Of a stretch of 64,000 nt of DNA, positions 1 to 12,800 are shown piece after piece (within the stretch, counting starts at the first letter, position 1; each line of letters begins with the position of its first letter). The notes beneath the pieces are model-generated. The model worked only from the letters and a program-made list of their open reading frames with translations, made no database searches and had not been told where the DNA came from. Source of the DNA: Macrostomum lignano (taxonomy: Eukaryota); contig NIVC01003103.1 in NCBI GenBank assembly GCA_002269645.1, forward strand, positions 62,001-126,000. The letters are read 5' to 3'. The position numbers and the translations under genes were made by a program.

Positions 1-365
1 TCTACAAATTAATATGCAAATGTTTTTTATGTTTGCGGATTATAGTTTTTCAATTTAGTTATAATGCATAGACAGTGCCACGTCACTGTGTGCTTTTTTC
101 AAAAAACTGCCACGTCACAACCCGCTCAATCTTTGCACTTGCACTTTCACTGCACCCAGCCAAAGCAACGTTCAAAATTCGCACTTGTATTTTGCACCTC
201 AAAACCAACTACTATATAAGGCTAGATTACTAATTCTATTGTATTAAGGCAGTAACAACACTTAATTTTGGTAAGCAAATTCATTTAGATAAAGTTATGT
301 TGATTCAAGTTTATGTTGATATAATTAAACAGAGATTCATTGTCAAATAAATTCCAACTTGTTTC

Positions 366-685
366 AACCCCCCCCCCCCTATTAGAATTGGAATTTATCA
401 GCACAATCTTGAATAGGTCTCTATGCCTCTATTCAAGTTTATGTTGATAAAATCAATCCCCATGAAGAATCTCCCCACCCTAAAACCCCCCATTCCCCAT
501 GCCCTGGTGATTGGTTTTAAGCTACAACCCCCCCCCCCCTATTAGAATTGGAATTTATCAGCACAATCTTGAATAGGTCTCTATGCCTCTATTCAAGTTT
601 ATGTTGATAAAATCAATCCCCATGAAGAATCTCCCCACCCTAAAACCCCCCATTCCCCATGCCCCGGTGGTTGGTTTTAAGCTAC
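366..685. repeat. 160-bp tandem duplication (2 copies)
   Basis: The string C-run+TATTAGAATTGGAATTTATCAGC... occurs at ~370 and ~530, exactly 160 bp apart, and the copies are nearly identical. Confidence 0.9.
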
Positions 686-1366
686 ATATAATTGGGTTAA
701 AGCTACCTAAAAATGAAGCTCAAATTTGAAATCAGCACCATCAAAAACCTTATAGAGACAAAATTATGATCCTATCCAAATTGAAACTATTTTATCAACA
801 TAAACTTGAAGTTGAAGAAGTCCGATTTTAGTCCATTGTACATTCAGGGTGTTCCAAACTATGGTCATTAGGAATAGCTTAAGATAGAAAAAAGTACTTA
901 AAAAACAAAGTTGTTAATTTTAATGTTTTAATAGCTCTGGTCTGGGGATATCTAAACATGCTAAAATCAGCTTTTCAAGTGGAGTAGATGCAAAAAACAT
1001 TGAAAAAATAGTTTGACAAAACAATTTGAAAAGAATGCCAAAATATTATATAAGTATAATTATTATTTTTAGTTTTTTATTTCACCTGATTGAAATTAAA
1101 TATCAAAATCACAACTCTTGTAGTAATACTTAAATCAACAATTTAGAGCTTTGCATAAGGTAATATATTTAGTATACACCAGTATATACCAAAAAATGGT
1201 CAGAGTGTTTTGAACTATGGTCTATGCCATAAATTTGGCATTTGGCATTTGCAATTTTGATGGCACAAAAGTGATTATTAATGACATGTCAATATTACTA
1301 GACCTCTTAAGTGATAAGTCATTTTGCATTGTTAATAATTTATATTATTTGACATTTATATTATAA

Positions 1367-1810
1367 GCCAGCCATTATTTGTCCAGTGACTAGACAAATA
1401 GCCTTTTTGCTATTTGTCTGTTTAAATTGATAACACAAAGTATCTTATTTGTTTTGTGATGAATATTCTAGATTTTTAAGACCTTTTCTCATATACTGAT
1501 TACACTCTACATGCACCTAGAGTGTAAGCAAAGCAGTGTATTCAATTTGGCAATTTGGTGTATAAGACACACACTAGTATAACAATATAATAATCAAGAT
1601 ATGAGTAAGAAGTCTTTGAAGTCTAGAATTATTTACCCTTGTGGTTTTTATGAACTATATATTTTAGCATTATCATTTTAACCAGACAAATAACAAAATG
1701 TCTATTTGTCTGGTAATAACCAGATGAATAGGAAAGCATGGTCAGGATCCAGTAACCGGACAAATAACCACATCACTATTCGTCTGGTCACCGGACAAAT
1801 AACAACTGCC
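1367..1810. mobile_element. degenerate MITE-like element with imperfect terminal inverted repeats
   Basis: Left end GCCAGCCATTATTTGTCCAGTGACTAGACAAATAG versus reverse complement of right end GGCAGTTGTTATTTGTCCGGTGACCAGACGAATAG. Internal copies of a CCAGACAAATA motif. No clean TSD. Confidence 0.55.
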
Positions 1811-2073
1811 ATATTACAAATATGATATTGATAGATTAGATAAATTAAACTTTAAGACTAATGACACTTTTAGACTTAATTACTATACTTGTTTTAATGT
1901 AAAATGATTTTACTATTATTATGATCTGCACAGACATATAGCAAATTTATTAGAAAAGGTTAGTTAATGCATAATGATTAATGTCAATGTGTTGCTAGAC
2001 CTGGCTAGCCAGCTAGGGTTAGGTCATCTTAAATTCAAATAGGCAGGAGTTAATAGACATATTATAGTATTAC

Positions 2074-2277
2074 CTGTAACTCAGCCCGCTCAACATCCCA
2101 TTGAGATCTTTCCATTTCAAATTTTGTCCATTCTGTTTGTAAAAAGTGTAGAATACCAGCCATAGTATAAACTGGTTCTTTCCCATTGTTGCTATCATTC
2201 ATTGGGTTTCCATCATCTCCAGTTTGCTTATTATAGATTTCCATCGGTAGTGCTGTGAAAGCTGCCGCTTCCTCCAT
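2074..2277 (-). CDS. STRN: striatin family protein, first coding exon (gene continues leftward beyond the window)
   Basis: YTMAGILHFLQTEWTKFEMERSQWDVERAELQ matches the striatin N-terminal caveolin-binding/coiled-coil motif. CAG|GTAATA donor at 2073 falls at a codon boundary. No exon 2 was recognised in 1-2073. Confidence 0.85.
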
Positions 2278-3375
2278 TAGTAAAGCTTCTTCTTTTTAAT
2301 TTTCCATTTGTTACTTTTACGTGCACCGAAAGCCATGCACTACTGAATTTGGTCGAGCTTAATACCAACCAGTGCAGTAATTTGCTGGCTGTTTCTTAGA
2401 ATTTATTAGGTTAGTCAGCATGCATATCTTAACAAGTTTTTGTTAAAATAAGACCTATGAAGCCTATAAAGCTTAAGGATAAAGTACTTGCAGAGCCATT
2501 TTTAACTTTCATAAAATTATTTGTAAATAAAACTGAAATATTTTGTCGTGTTTGCTTCACAGATTGGCTTAATTTAACTTTTGCTTGTCGTGATAAATAC
2601 TGATTTCATGGAATCAAGGAGACGAAACGATCAGCTCATAAATTGGTGCTGATCAGTTCAGATCGTGAGATCGTCATATTCTTTTTCGTCATATATGATG
2701 ACGAAGTGGCCAGAGTCAATTGGGGTCATAATAGACACCACACTAGCTGATGACGAAATGCAGCAGATTGACGAAATGACTAGGAACCTTAAATTTAGAA
2801 TCTGTGGAGTCTAAACTTGAATGATGAATGCTAGTCCGCTCCAAATTATATGCACTATGCAGTTGCTATAAATCAGCGACTTATAGTCTACTTATTAACT
2901 TTTTATACTCGTACATGTATTCACACAGTAGATAGGATCCTATAGCCATATTGGTACTTTAGTGCTAAATATAATATGTGTCATTATATAATATGGTGAA
3001 TTACTGAATTTTTAAATTTCGTACCTACATGCGATTGACTTGATTGCAATTGTAAATGTGTCTTCCCAAAAGTATCTACATTCGCCTTTGAAGCGCAGTA
3101 TCATACGTAAATACATGTACAAGCCACGTACAAAACATATGATAAACAATGTTTACAAGTCAATTTTTTCTGTACATCAGCGTGTTATAAGCCGCACGAG
3201 TACATTTTGCTGCATATGCAATAGATGCATGCCGCAATCATCAAAACGAAATATATATTAGCTCAGCCGTCCACGATTATTATCTCATATCAACAAGATT
3301 TAAACGGTTGAAACCCAAAGTACATGTAGATGCCATCCAGGATTTTTTGCAGCGCGAAGTTTCCATCTTGCGCAT

Positions 3376-4215
3376 TTATTGAAGCAGCTGAACCGCTGTT
3401 GCATTTTGGCTCTCATCGGCGTCCCACTCGAGCTGGTCCCTAACCTGGTCGCTAGCCAGAAGGAACTCGCGCGCCTGTTGGCAGCCCAGATCGGTGGCCA
3501 GCTCCAATGGGGTCTGTCGCCGGCCACCCAGCTCTCGAGCTCGGACTCTCAGCTCAAGCCACACGCTGGAGTTGGAGCAGAACTGCTGCATCAGCTGGAG
3601 CATGTCTGCCCTGTCCCTCCTGACCAAGTAGTGCACCGGCGTCCACCCGAATCGGTCAGGCATCCTGAAGGCCCGGTGCAGAGGCCTCAGCCTGAAGCCG
3701 CCATTTGTCGCCATTGTCGCTTCGGTCAGACTGTCAAGCAGCACTTGCAGAGCCTCCAGGCCAGCGTCCTCCGCGCAGTGGTGAAAGGCGTTCTTGCCAT
3801 AGGCGTCGTATCGGGTGTACACCTGTTCGGGATCGCGCAGCACCAGCTGCCGAATCACTTCCCGGTGCGCTGGTCCGTCGTGGCTCAGCGCGAGCATCAG
3901 CAACGTCTCCTTAGCAACTGACCGGTGATCCAGGACACCCGCGAAGTAGCGGGCGGTCAGATCCACAAGCAGCTGAGCAGTCTCAGGTTTCCGCATCAGC
4001 AAGGCGATGCCGATCAATGAATCGCCATTGCGGTTGACGCAAGCGAGCAGTCCTGGCGAAGAGACGAATTGCTGGAGCAGGCCTGACTCAGCCTCGCCGG
4101 TGCATGCATAGTGTAGCGCGGCTCGGATCCACCGGCCCGCAACCGCATGGCAACCAGCAGTCTGCTTTCCCAGCTTGGGAGGAGGCGCGCACTCGCCAAC
4201 GAGCAGCGATTCCAT
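3376..4215 (-). CDS. ankyrin-repeat protein (single long ORF)
   Basis: GC-rich ORF with ankyrin-like units (GDSLIGIALL, GKNAFHHCAE, GWTPVHYLVR, QTPLELATDLG). First in-frame ATG at 4215; the ORF track starts at TTG 4230. An upstream exon cannot be excluded. Confidence 0.75.
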   Translation of the reverse strand: MESLLVGECAPPPKLGKQTAGCHAVAGRWIRAALHYACTGEAESGLLQQFVSSPGLLACVNRNGDSLIGIALLMRKPETAQLLVDLTARYFAGVLDHRSVAKETLLMLALSHDGPAHREVIRQLVLRDPEQVYTRYDAYGKNAFHHCAEDAGLEALQVLLDSLTEATMATNGGFRLRPLHRAFRMPDRFGWTPVHYLVRRDRADMLQLMQQFCSNSSVWLELRVRARELGGRRQTPLELATDLGCQQAREFLLASDQVRDQLEWDADESQNATAVQLLQ

Positions 4216-5160
4216 TTTCTCAACATTCAAGAAAGGGAACTTTGAGCGGACAGGGCATAATTATCAGATATATAGGCGAGGTCAGGGCTGAGTACAGCAG
4301 ATGCTACAAGGTACATTCTAAGCCACACAATTTTACTGCTAGTTTAAGACACTAAGTGGACTTCGCCTTCCAAACAGCACTGCATATTTTTAGCCAAGCT
4401 GTACTGTACTATACGTACAAGGTACTGTAGGCTACATGCATTGCAAAACACAAATTCTATTATTAGCTCTTGCACACGCAATGCTGCAGTTGAACAGTGC
4501 GCTAACAGATTGACATAAAAGCAGATCCGCAAATAATAAACAGTGGATTAAAAGTATAATCACAAAAGAATTTTAAACTCTGTCCTGTTGAGCAAAAGAC
4601 TCAGTAAGACTTTATAAATGCCAATTTAAATAAGTGCAATTTTATTTATAAAAGCGTTAAAAAGCTGACAAAAAGGGCGCACTACATGTACTATTGAGTG
4701 CAATTAACAGACTTGAACAGCGATACAAAAGGTTAAACGCAACCAACATTGGCCGAATGTTTAGGGACAAAAAGTGCACTAAGAACTTATAAAATTGTTT
4801 GAGCCAAAAGAAGAATCTGCCTGCTTGCTTAAAGCGTCATCGATTTGATCCTACAGCACACTCTATTAATATTCCCTAAAATATTGACACAATTTTATTA
4901 CTCTATCATGCGACTGCACTGTTGTCAGATTGGGCCAGGTAACATGCTACAGATGCGCTTATTTACGACCGCATAAAACACCCAACTCACTCAAAACTGA
5001 CCTGATCATATCTCCTGATCATTGGAGCTGGGCTGACAAAAGTATTCGTAAAATTTAAACTGTAGATGTACGATGCGACAAGCATCAAAAGTATATTTAC
5101 CACGGATTGGCGAGCAAGAAGATGATACACTTAGCGATCGATCGAGAGGGACTTCGATAT

Positions 5161-5345
5161 CGACTCGAAAAGTGAAGGATTCGGCCATCGACTCAGAAAG
5201 TGAAGGATTCGGCCATCGACTCAGAAAGTGAAGGATTCGGCCATCGACTCAGAAAGTGAAGGATTCGGCCATCGACTCAGAAAGTGAAGGATTCGGCCAT
5301 CGACTCAGAAAGTGGAGGATTCGACCATTGACTCAGAAAGGGACT
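5161..5345. repeat. 28-bp tandem repeat (~6 copies)
   Basis: Unit TCGGCCATCGACTCAGAAAGTGAAGGAT; decays rightward. Confidence 0.9.
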
Positions 5346-5514
5346 TGGCCATTGACTTAGAGGGACTTGACCAATGACTGAAAACACTGAAACCCCAGAA
5401 TCGATTTTTAAAATTCATCTAAAGAATTGTATTTCGCTCTAATTTTCATGCCTTTGGGATTAAAAATATTTAATCCCAAAATAGAAAGCAGTAGAGCTCT
5501 CTCATTCACTGCAT

Positions 5515-6420
5515 CAAGTCAGTAGGTTCCAGGATCACTGCATCAGGGTCAGTAGGGTCCAGGATCACTGTGTCAGGGTGAGTAGGCTCCAAGATCACTG
5601 TGTCAGGGTGAGTAGGCTCAAGGATCACTGTGTCAGGGTGAGTAGGCTCAAGGATCACTGCATCAGGGTTAGTAGGGCCCAGGATCACTGCATCAGGGTC
5701 AGTAGGGTCCAGGATCACTGTGTCAGGGTGAGTAGGCTCCAAGATCACTGTGTCAGGGTGAGTAGGCTCAAGGATCACTGTGTCAGGGTGAGTAGGCTCA
5801 AGGATCACTGTGTCAGGGTGAGTAGGCTCCAGGATCACTGTCAGGGTGAGTAGGCTCAAGGACCACTGCATCAGGGTGAGTAGGCTCCAGGATCACTGTG
5901 TCAGGGTGAGTAGGCTCCAAGATCACTGTGTCAGGGTGAGTAGGCTCAAGGATCACTGTGTCAGGGTGAGTAGGCTCAAGGATCACTGTGTCAGGGTGAG
6001 TAGGCTCCAGGATCACTGTCAGGGTGAGTAGGCTCAAGGACCACTGCATCAGGGTGAGTAGGCTCCAGGATCACTGTGTCAGGGTGAGTAGGCTCCAAGA
6101 TCACTGTGTCAGGGTGAGTAGGCTCCAGGATCACTGCATCAGGGTGAGTAGGCTCCAGGATCACTGTGTCAGGGTGAGTAGGCTCAAAGATCACTGTGTC
6201 AGGGTGAGTAGGCTCCAGGATCACTGTGTCAGGGTGAGTAGGCTCAAGGATCACTGTGTCAGGGTGAGTAGGCTCCAGGATCACTGTGTCAGGGTGAGTA
6301 GGCTCAAAGATCACTGTGTCAGGGTGAGTAGGCTCCAGGATCACTGTCAGGGTGAGTAGGCTCAAGGATCACTGTGTCAGGGTGAGTAGGCTCCAGGATC
6401 ACTGTGTCAGGGTGAGTAGG
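5515..6420. repeat. 30-bp minisatellite (~30 copies, occasional 28-bp variants)
   Basis: Unit GGATCACTGTGTCAGGGTGAGTAGGCTCCA. It generates the VILEPTHPDT and CVRVSRLQDH ORFs. Confidence 0.95.
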
Positions 6421-6756
6421 TTCGAGTCGGGATTGCTGGATTACTAGAGTCGGGAAAAACAGATCTAAGGGTTATCTCAGCGGGGTCAGTGGGTTCGAAA
6501 AAGTGAAAAAGATCGCTGGTTTGCCGTCACCCGACTTTATAAAGTAATTGTCAAAAAATTGCTTGAACTAGTTTTCCCATGAATACAGCTCAAATGCAAT
6601 CTACATGTAGGACGTTAAACTAAGGTTTTTCAGTAATGCTAGGTTGTCTTAAGGTTACCAAAAAGTCTCTTAAGGAAGGCAGCGTCAACAAGGTGTCGAT
6701 AGTCGTAGGGGAGAAACAGTTGTCTAAAAGGGACAGAAAGTCGAAAAAGGGGCTGT

Positions 6757-7625
6757 AACTGGTGTCTGGAGGGGACGGTAACTGCATGGTGTCTGGAGGG
6801 GACGTTAACTGGCGTCTGGAGGGGACGGTAACTGGTGTCTGGAGGGGACGGTAACAGGGGTCGGGAGGGGACGGTAACTGGTGTCTGGAGGGGACGGTAA
6901 CAGGGGTCGGGAGGGGACGGTAACTGGTGTCTGGAGGGGACGGTAACAGGGGTCGGGAGGGGACGGTAACTGGTGTCTGGAGGGGACGGTAACAGGGGTC
7001 TGGAGGGGACGGTAACTGGCGTCTGGAGGGGACGGTAACTGGTGTCTGGAGGGGACGGTAACAGGGGTCTGGAGGGGACGGTAACTGGTGTCTGGAGGGG
7101 ACGGTAACAGGGGTCTGGAGGGGATGGTACATAACTGGGGTCTGAAGGGGACGGTAACAGGGGTCTGGAGAGGACGGTAACAGGGGTCTGGAGAAGACGG
7201 TAACAGGGGTCTGGAGGGGACGGTACATGTAACTGGTGTCTAGAAGGGACGGTACATGTAACTAGAGTCTAGAGGGGACGGTAACAGGAGTCTAGAGGGG
7301 ACGGTAACAGGAGTCTAGAGGGGACGGTAACATGGGTCTGGAGGGGACGGTAACAGCTGGTGTCTTAAAGGGAAAGTAACAGGCGTCTAAATGGGATAGT
7401 AGCAGGTTTCTAGAGGGGACGGTAACAGGCGTCTAAAGGGGACGGTAACAGGCGTCTAAAGGGGACGGTAACAGGAGTCTAAAGGGGACGGTAACACGAG
7501 TCTAGAGGGGACGGTAACAGGCGTCTAGAGGGGACGGTAACAGGAGTCTAAAGGGGACGGTAAAAGGCGTCTAAAGGGGACGGTAACACGAGTCTAGAGG
7601 GGACGGTAACAGGCGTCTAAATGGG
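6757..7625. repeat. ~23-bp G-rich minisatellite
   Basis: Units GGAGGGGACGGTAACTGGTGTCT / GGAGGGGACGGTAACAGGGGTCT, drifting to TAGAGGGGACGGTAACAGGCGTC variants. Confidence 0.93.
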
Positions 7626-9852
7626 ATGCTAACAGCTGTCTAGATTACGGTATCAGATGGGATTTTTAATCCACTCTGGTCGCAGTGATGCAGCTGGTTC
7701 CAGGTCTACTCAACTCGAGGTAAGCAGGTGTCAGATGGATCTAACTTGATCATCAGAAAGTGCCGCATGCAGGCAGAGTTCCATGCTTTCGAGACTGGAA
7801 GGATCGCGGAATTTCACTAAAGATGGCGTAACATTGGGAATCTCAACATAAACAACACACGGCCCGTTGACCGGACTACCGATCTTCACTGACAGCCTTG
7901 CCAAACAGTCAATCAAAGGTTGGCTTTGCATGCAGACAAAATGAATCCAACTTGTAGGGCGATATTCTTCAGCCGTTATTATGTGGAAGCTGATTTCGAC
8001 AGGAAGTAAACCTTAAAGTACGCACTGCATCATGATTCATGAAGCCGAAGCTACACAACCTTCCGGCGCTCCGATGATTCAATCGAATAACGCAGATGAA
8101 CCCAACAGGTGAATAGCGAATCGACGTATTGTAGTACAGCTGCACTGAAACCTGCAAGATCCTTTTCAATGGGTGTTTTAGCATGCCATTGGCAACGACT
8201 ACTGACTAGTATAGTAATATACGGTGCTTTTTACTCTCGAACATGGTGTTTCACTCTAACTCAAACCGCTACTTCTCATCGGATACATGCCACGATGCCA
8301 AGAAATTCAGTCGAGTGGCTCCAAGAAGAGCCAAGAGAAAAGAGCAACCCTGTACTATCAAGACTGTTCTTGATCAATGAAGCTTTAAACCCCACCAGAA
8401 AATATAGGAGATTAACTGCAACTTTTTAACAGAACGAGTGTCAAGATGAATGAACTGATAGTTTCTCACTACTGCAAGTAGCTTAAATAACAAACAGTGC
8501 TTCATTCGCACCTGAAACCCTGAGGCTGAGTTGCTTTTCAAACGGCTTAAATAAGTAACCAGGAAGACACTCAGTAGTTCGCTTAATTCGTTGCGTGTAT
8601 TTGTTACATACTTTAAAGTACATCGCACCTGGCCCATTGCATCGAAATCCTTGAGTATTTTTATGGTCCGGGTGCTTGACTAAAAGTTCACTCCTAGCTG
8701 CTCTGGTTAATACTGGTACAACAGTAATACTCACTGCAGTCATGTACAGTTAGACTATTTTATCAACCATCAGTACGCAGGCAAGTCATGCGCCACTCGG
8801 CTCCGAAACAGCGCAACCTACACGACGCCGCGTAACTTGAAATTCAATCAATCCGACTTTTAATCTTAAATTCTTCATAAGTTTTAATTTCAATGCTGCA
8901 CTGGCACTTAATGAATCTTAAGCAGAGTCAAACACATGCACACGGGAGTGTTCGACGGCCTCGACCGATCTTTCCTGGCCTTATGAATAAAAATCTAGTT
9001 AAAACTCTACTCACACTACTAACTGCTAATACAAGTAGCAAGCAGGCAGTTTTTTTTCTTTACTGGCTCGAACTGCGTAGAAAAAATAAATAAAAAAGCA
9101 GACAAAGAAGTCTCATCGAAACTGTTTCAAATTGATAGTTTATTAACAGGAAAAGTTGTTTCAGTCTTCTCATCAGGATAGAACGGGTGCAGGGCGGGCA
9201 ACTCGGCAGGAAGCTGATTGCGACACGAGCGGCTTCATCAATGAGATGGCTTCATCAACAAATTGGATTACGCTGGAGCTATAGATTGCCAGTCGAAAGA
9301 GGGGCATTATTAGTTTGAAAATTTGAAATTAAACAGCAAATTCAACAAGGAGAAGCAGGCGATAAATTCAGAATAGAACGCTGGAGGCGGGAAAATATTG
9401 AATCTTAGCCTCGGCGAGCTCGAACAGGGAACAGCCGCAGGTTTGATACGGCCGAGCCGAGCGGCAAAACCGGTGAAAAATCAACACATATTGAAGAAAT
9501 TATTAGGCCTACGAATCGCACAATGAGCCCACGGTACCATGCTACCTAATAAAATTGCTAATCCTGATGACCAACACGAGCTGACCAGGAATTTACTGGA
9601 TAGAAAAAGCAGATTTGCCGGCAATGAGTTTGCAAAATTAGTCCAATTATTACAGCAAAGCCAGCGGGCAGCAAATTGTACAAATTGCGGTGAGCTGTTG
9701 CTACAGGAACACAAACTCGAATAGCATACAGTAGAAGCTAAACGGCTACTTCAACCACCGGCATTTCCCCAGCTATGCAATAATATTCCAAGAAGACTAA
9801 TGAATTAAAATAGTATGCATATATATATATTTGTATATTAGTTCCAAGACGC

Positions 9853-12800
9853 TCACGGCCGCCTGGGCGGGAAGGGGAACAGCGGCCGCGGCGGCCCGTT
9901 CGGGAAATTCTGGCGCGCGCCGGCTCCGCCGATGACGCCCGCCCCGATGCCGCTCATGCCGCCGCCGCCGAAGGTCGCTGTGGCGGCGAACCGGCTGAAT
10001 GGCACCGGGCCGGGCCGCGATGACACTCGCTGCTGCGGCTGAAGCAGCGGCCCGCTTAGCAGCGATTGCGGCTGGCCAAAATGCGGTGACAGCGCCGGCG
10101 ACATCGGGCCCGGCAGCATGCCCTGTCCGCGCATCAGCTGCGGCGGCGGCGGCGGCATCCGCAGCAGCGGCTGCACCTGCTTGGCCGACGGCTCCCGCTC
10201 GGGCGGCGCCGAGGGATGCCGCTGTGGCATTGCCAGCCGGGGCTTTGAACCCACCTGTGCCGCCTCCGCCTTCATACCGGACTTTGCTTCTGCATTCGCT
10301 GCTGCCTTGAGCTTCGGGGAGCCCGGCTCCGGCGCGGCTGGCTCGGCCGGCTTTGCCGCTTCCGTCGCGTTTGTCGCGGCCGAGGACGCTTCGGCTGCAG
10401 ACGGTTCGGCAGACTCGGCCGCCTCAGGCGACTGCTCAGCCTGGGCGCGGTACTCGCTGGCCAGGGCCGGCGGCCGCTCGAACGACGCCGAGTCCACGGC
10501 CTCCTCGGTGCCCTTGCTGACAACCCAGTAGCGGCCGCAGCGGCCGTCATTCAGCAGCACCTCGCGCAGCTGCATGAGCGGCAGCTTCTTGCAGATGAGC
10601 AGCTGGCGGAACTTGTCCGTGTTGCCGACAATCCGATAGAACAGGCCGAGCTCGCAGGCGCACTCGATAAACATTGGCCACTTGGGCTCGAAGTCGCGCT
10701 GATGAAATTTCAGCGGCTCCAAAAAATCTGGCGTGTTCTTCACGTAGTGCGTGAGCAGCTGCATGAAGTCTTGGCGCATGGTCTTCTCCTGCGGGATGTG
10801 GCGAGCCTTGTTAAAGTACAAGTATGTATTTGCACCCCTCCTTGCTCCTTGACTTGCTTTCTTGAGCATAGTACTCAAAATTGAGCTGATTCCTGCACTC
10901 TTGCACTGAGTCTAGAAATGAATGAAAGCTGTAATTCCAACAGTCTACTTTTTGAAGTCCTTGACCCTAAGGCTCTGTTGCAGAATCCAGTAAATTTAAC
11001 TGTCATCTTCCCAACTTGTCTAGAAGGCTATAAAAACAGGATTTCGGCAACAAACCCGAAACTCGGTAAGCCGCTGCATCTTCAAATACAGCAGGTAGTG
11101 CGTGGCGTCCACCTCCTGATCCCACAGCACCGACGGGTCCAGCGGCTCCCGGCTGCCGCTGACGTCAACGGCTACCCGCATCTGCCTGTGGAACAGATTG
11201 TTCGTGGCGTTCCTGGCCGCGAAGCCGCGCGCCTTGTCGATGGTGCTGCCGTAGCCGTAGCCGGCGAACTGCCTGTCAACGAACAGCGCGCAGTTGAACA
11301 GGCCGTTGCTGAGCACCTCGAACTCGAAGCTGATCAGCATGTTGGAGAAGCGGCCCGAGTTGTACAAGAAGCGCACCGGGTTCATGATCTGGTGCGGCGT
11401 CTCAGGCGCGCCCTCGGTCAGCAGCCACAGCTCGCGCAGCGGCTTTACGTTGCGGCTCTCGAAGCGCTCCTCGTCCATTGGCACAGCGTCGCGGCTGCTG
11501 GAGTCGGCGGGGTCCTTCCTGCTCAGCGGCTTGTTTTTCATCCACAGCGGCTCGTTCGGATCGCTCAGGTAGGGCGGCAGGTCCGGTATGAGGGTGTTCT
11601 TCTCGCTCAGGCACAGCACCAGGTATTCGGTGCCCAGCCAGCGCCTGGAGGAGCCGACCACGTGACACGGCCGCATCAGCAGCTTGAAGGCCTGGCGGGC
11701 CGCCGCCTCCTGTGAGCCGTTCTTCCAGTCGGCGCCGCCCTGCGTGATGAACACGTTGGCTGGCGGTGGGGATGGTTGGGTGTCGGTTGATTGCACAGGT
11801 TCTAGAGCTTGGATGCACATTTAAGCACCAAACTGTAGAAGGTCTAACGTGTACGGATCGTGGACAAATAATGTATAACTGGGCAGCCGCTTTGAACTTG
11901 TGTTTTTGTCTACCTACGTCAGATAATAATAATTTATTACACCTGCCTTAATTGGGCCAGGTGTGCAATCGACAGCTCAGCCGCAGCCATTGACTGGGGG
12001 GGATGTCACCACATTCTGGTGCACATTTTACAACTGGGTGAACTGAAGCAATGCAGAGTTAAGTGTCTTACTCAGGGACACAAATTGTTTCAGTGAGATT
12101 TGGAATCGAACCCCCGACCTTCTAGTCGTGAGTCCGACGCTCTAACCACTAGGCTACAACCCCCCCCCCTTGGGGATGGATGACCCTACGTCACCGATGG
12201 GGAATGCACACTTCGCAGTTCTTCTACTCAAGCTTATGATGTAGTTGCATTCCTAGAGCTTGTTTCAAGTAAAAATTTTGAGCCAACATTGCAAATCTCG
12301 CACAAAACAGCAAAGATTTTGCAGCAGAAGCAAAAGAAGGCTTCTGTTTTAAGCTTGGCTATTGAAAAAGCAAGCTTCAATGATAGGCATCCAGCTTTAC
12401 GAGCACATAATTTATCATTCAATCCTAATGAAAAGCCCAGCTTCTAATTCTGAAAGCCTGCGAGCAGCAGTGAGTGAAGTGAATTCAACGATGGAGTGCA
12501 GGCGCATTGGCGCAACAACAATGCAAGCCGCCTTACCGATGAGAATGTCGCACAGGTGCAGCCGATAGTTAATGGGCGGCCGGTCGTAGTAGCCCTGCTC
12601 AAGAGGGCTGAGATCTGCCAGGGTGCCGAACACGTACTGGACATTCAGAGACAGCACCTTGCTGACGGCCTTGTTCAGCAGCTCGGCGTAGGACAGCTTC
12701 AAGCGCAGCAAGATGTCATTTTCAGCCTCCTCAATGGAGGCCTTCTTGCGGCGCAGCTCCTCGGACAGGCGGTTGATGGCGTCCTGCTTGTCGGACAAAA

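Noticed and set aside
2620-2790. CTGATGACGAAA as a minimal hammerhead
   Set aside because: There is no room for stem II, and GACGAAA recurs several times locally, more like a transposon subterminal motif.
5506-7228. Repetitive ORFs VILEPTHPDT, CVRVSRLQDH and the Pro-rich 202-aa ORF
   Set aside because: They are products of tandem repeats and are open on both strands.
12084-12164. Functional tRNA gene
   Set aside because: It has A and B boxes but runs into a SINE core motif and a TTA tail, with no proper acceptor stem.
12415-12536. Separate gene ending at stop 12415
   Set aside because: A GTAAG donor at 12536 splices in phase to 11759 and completes a dsRBD-like domain, so it is one gene.
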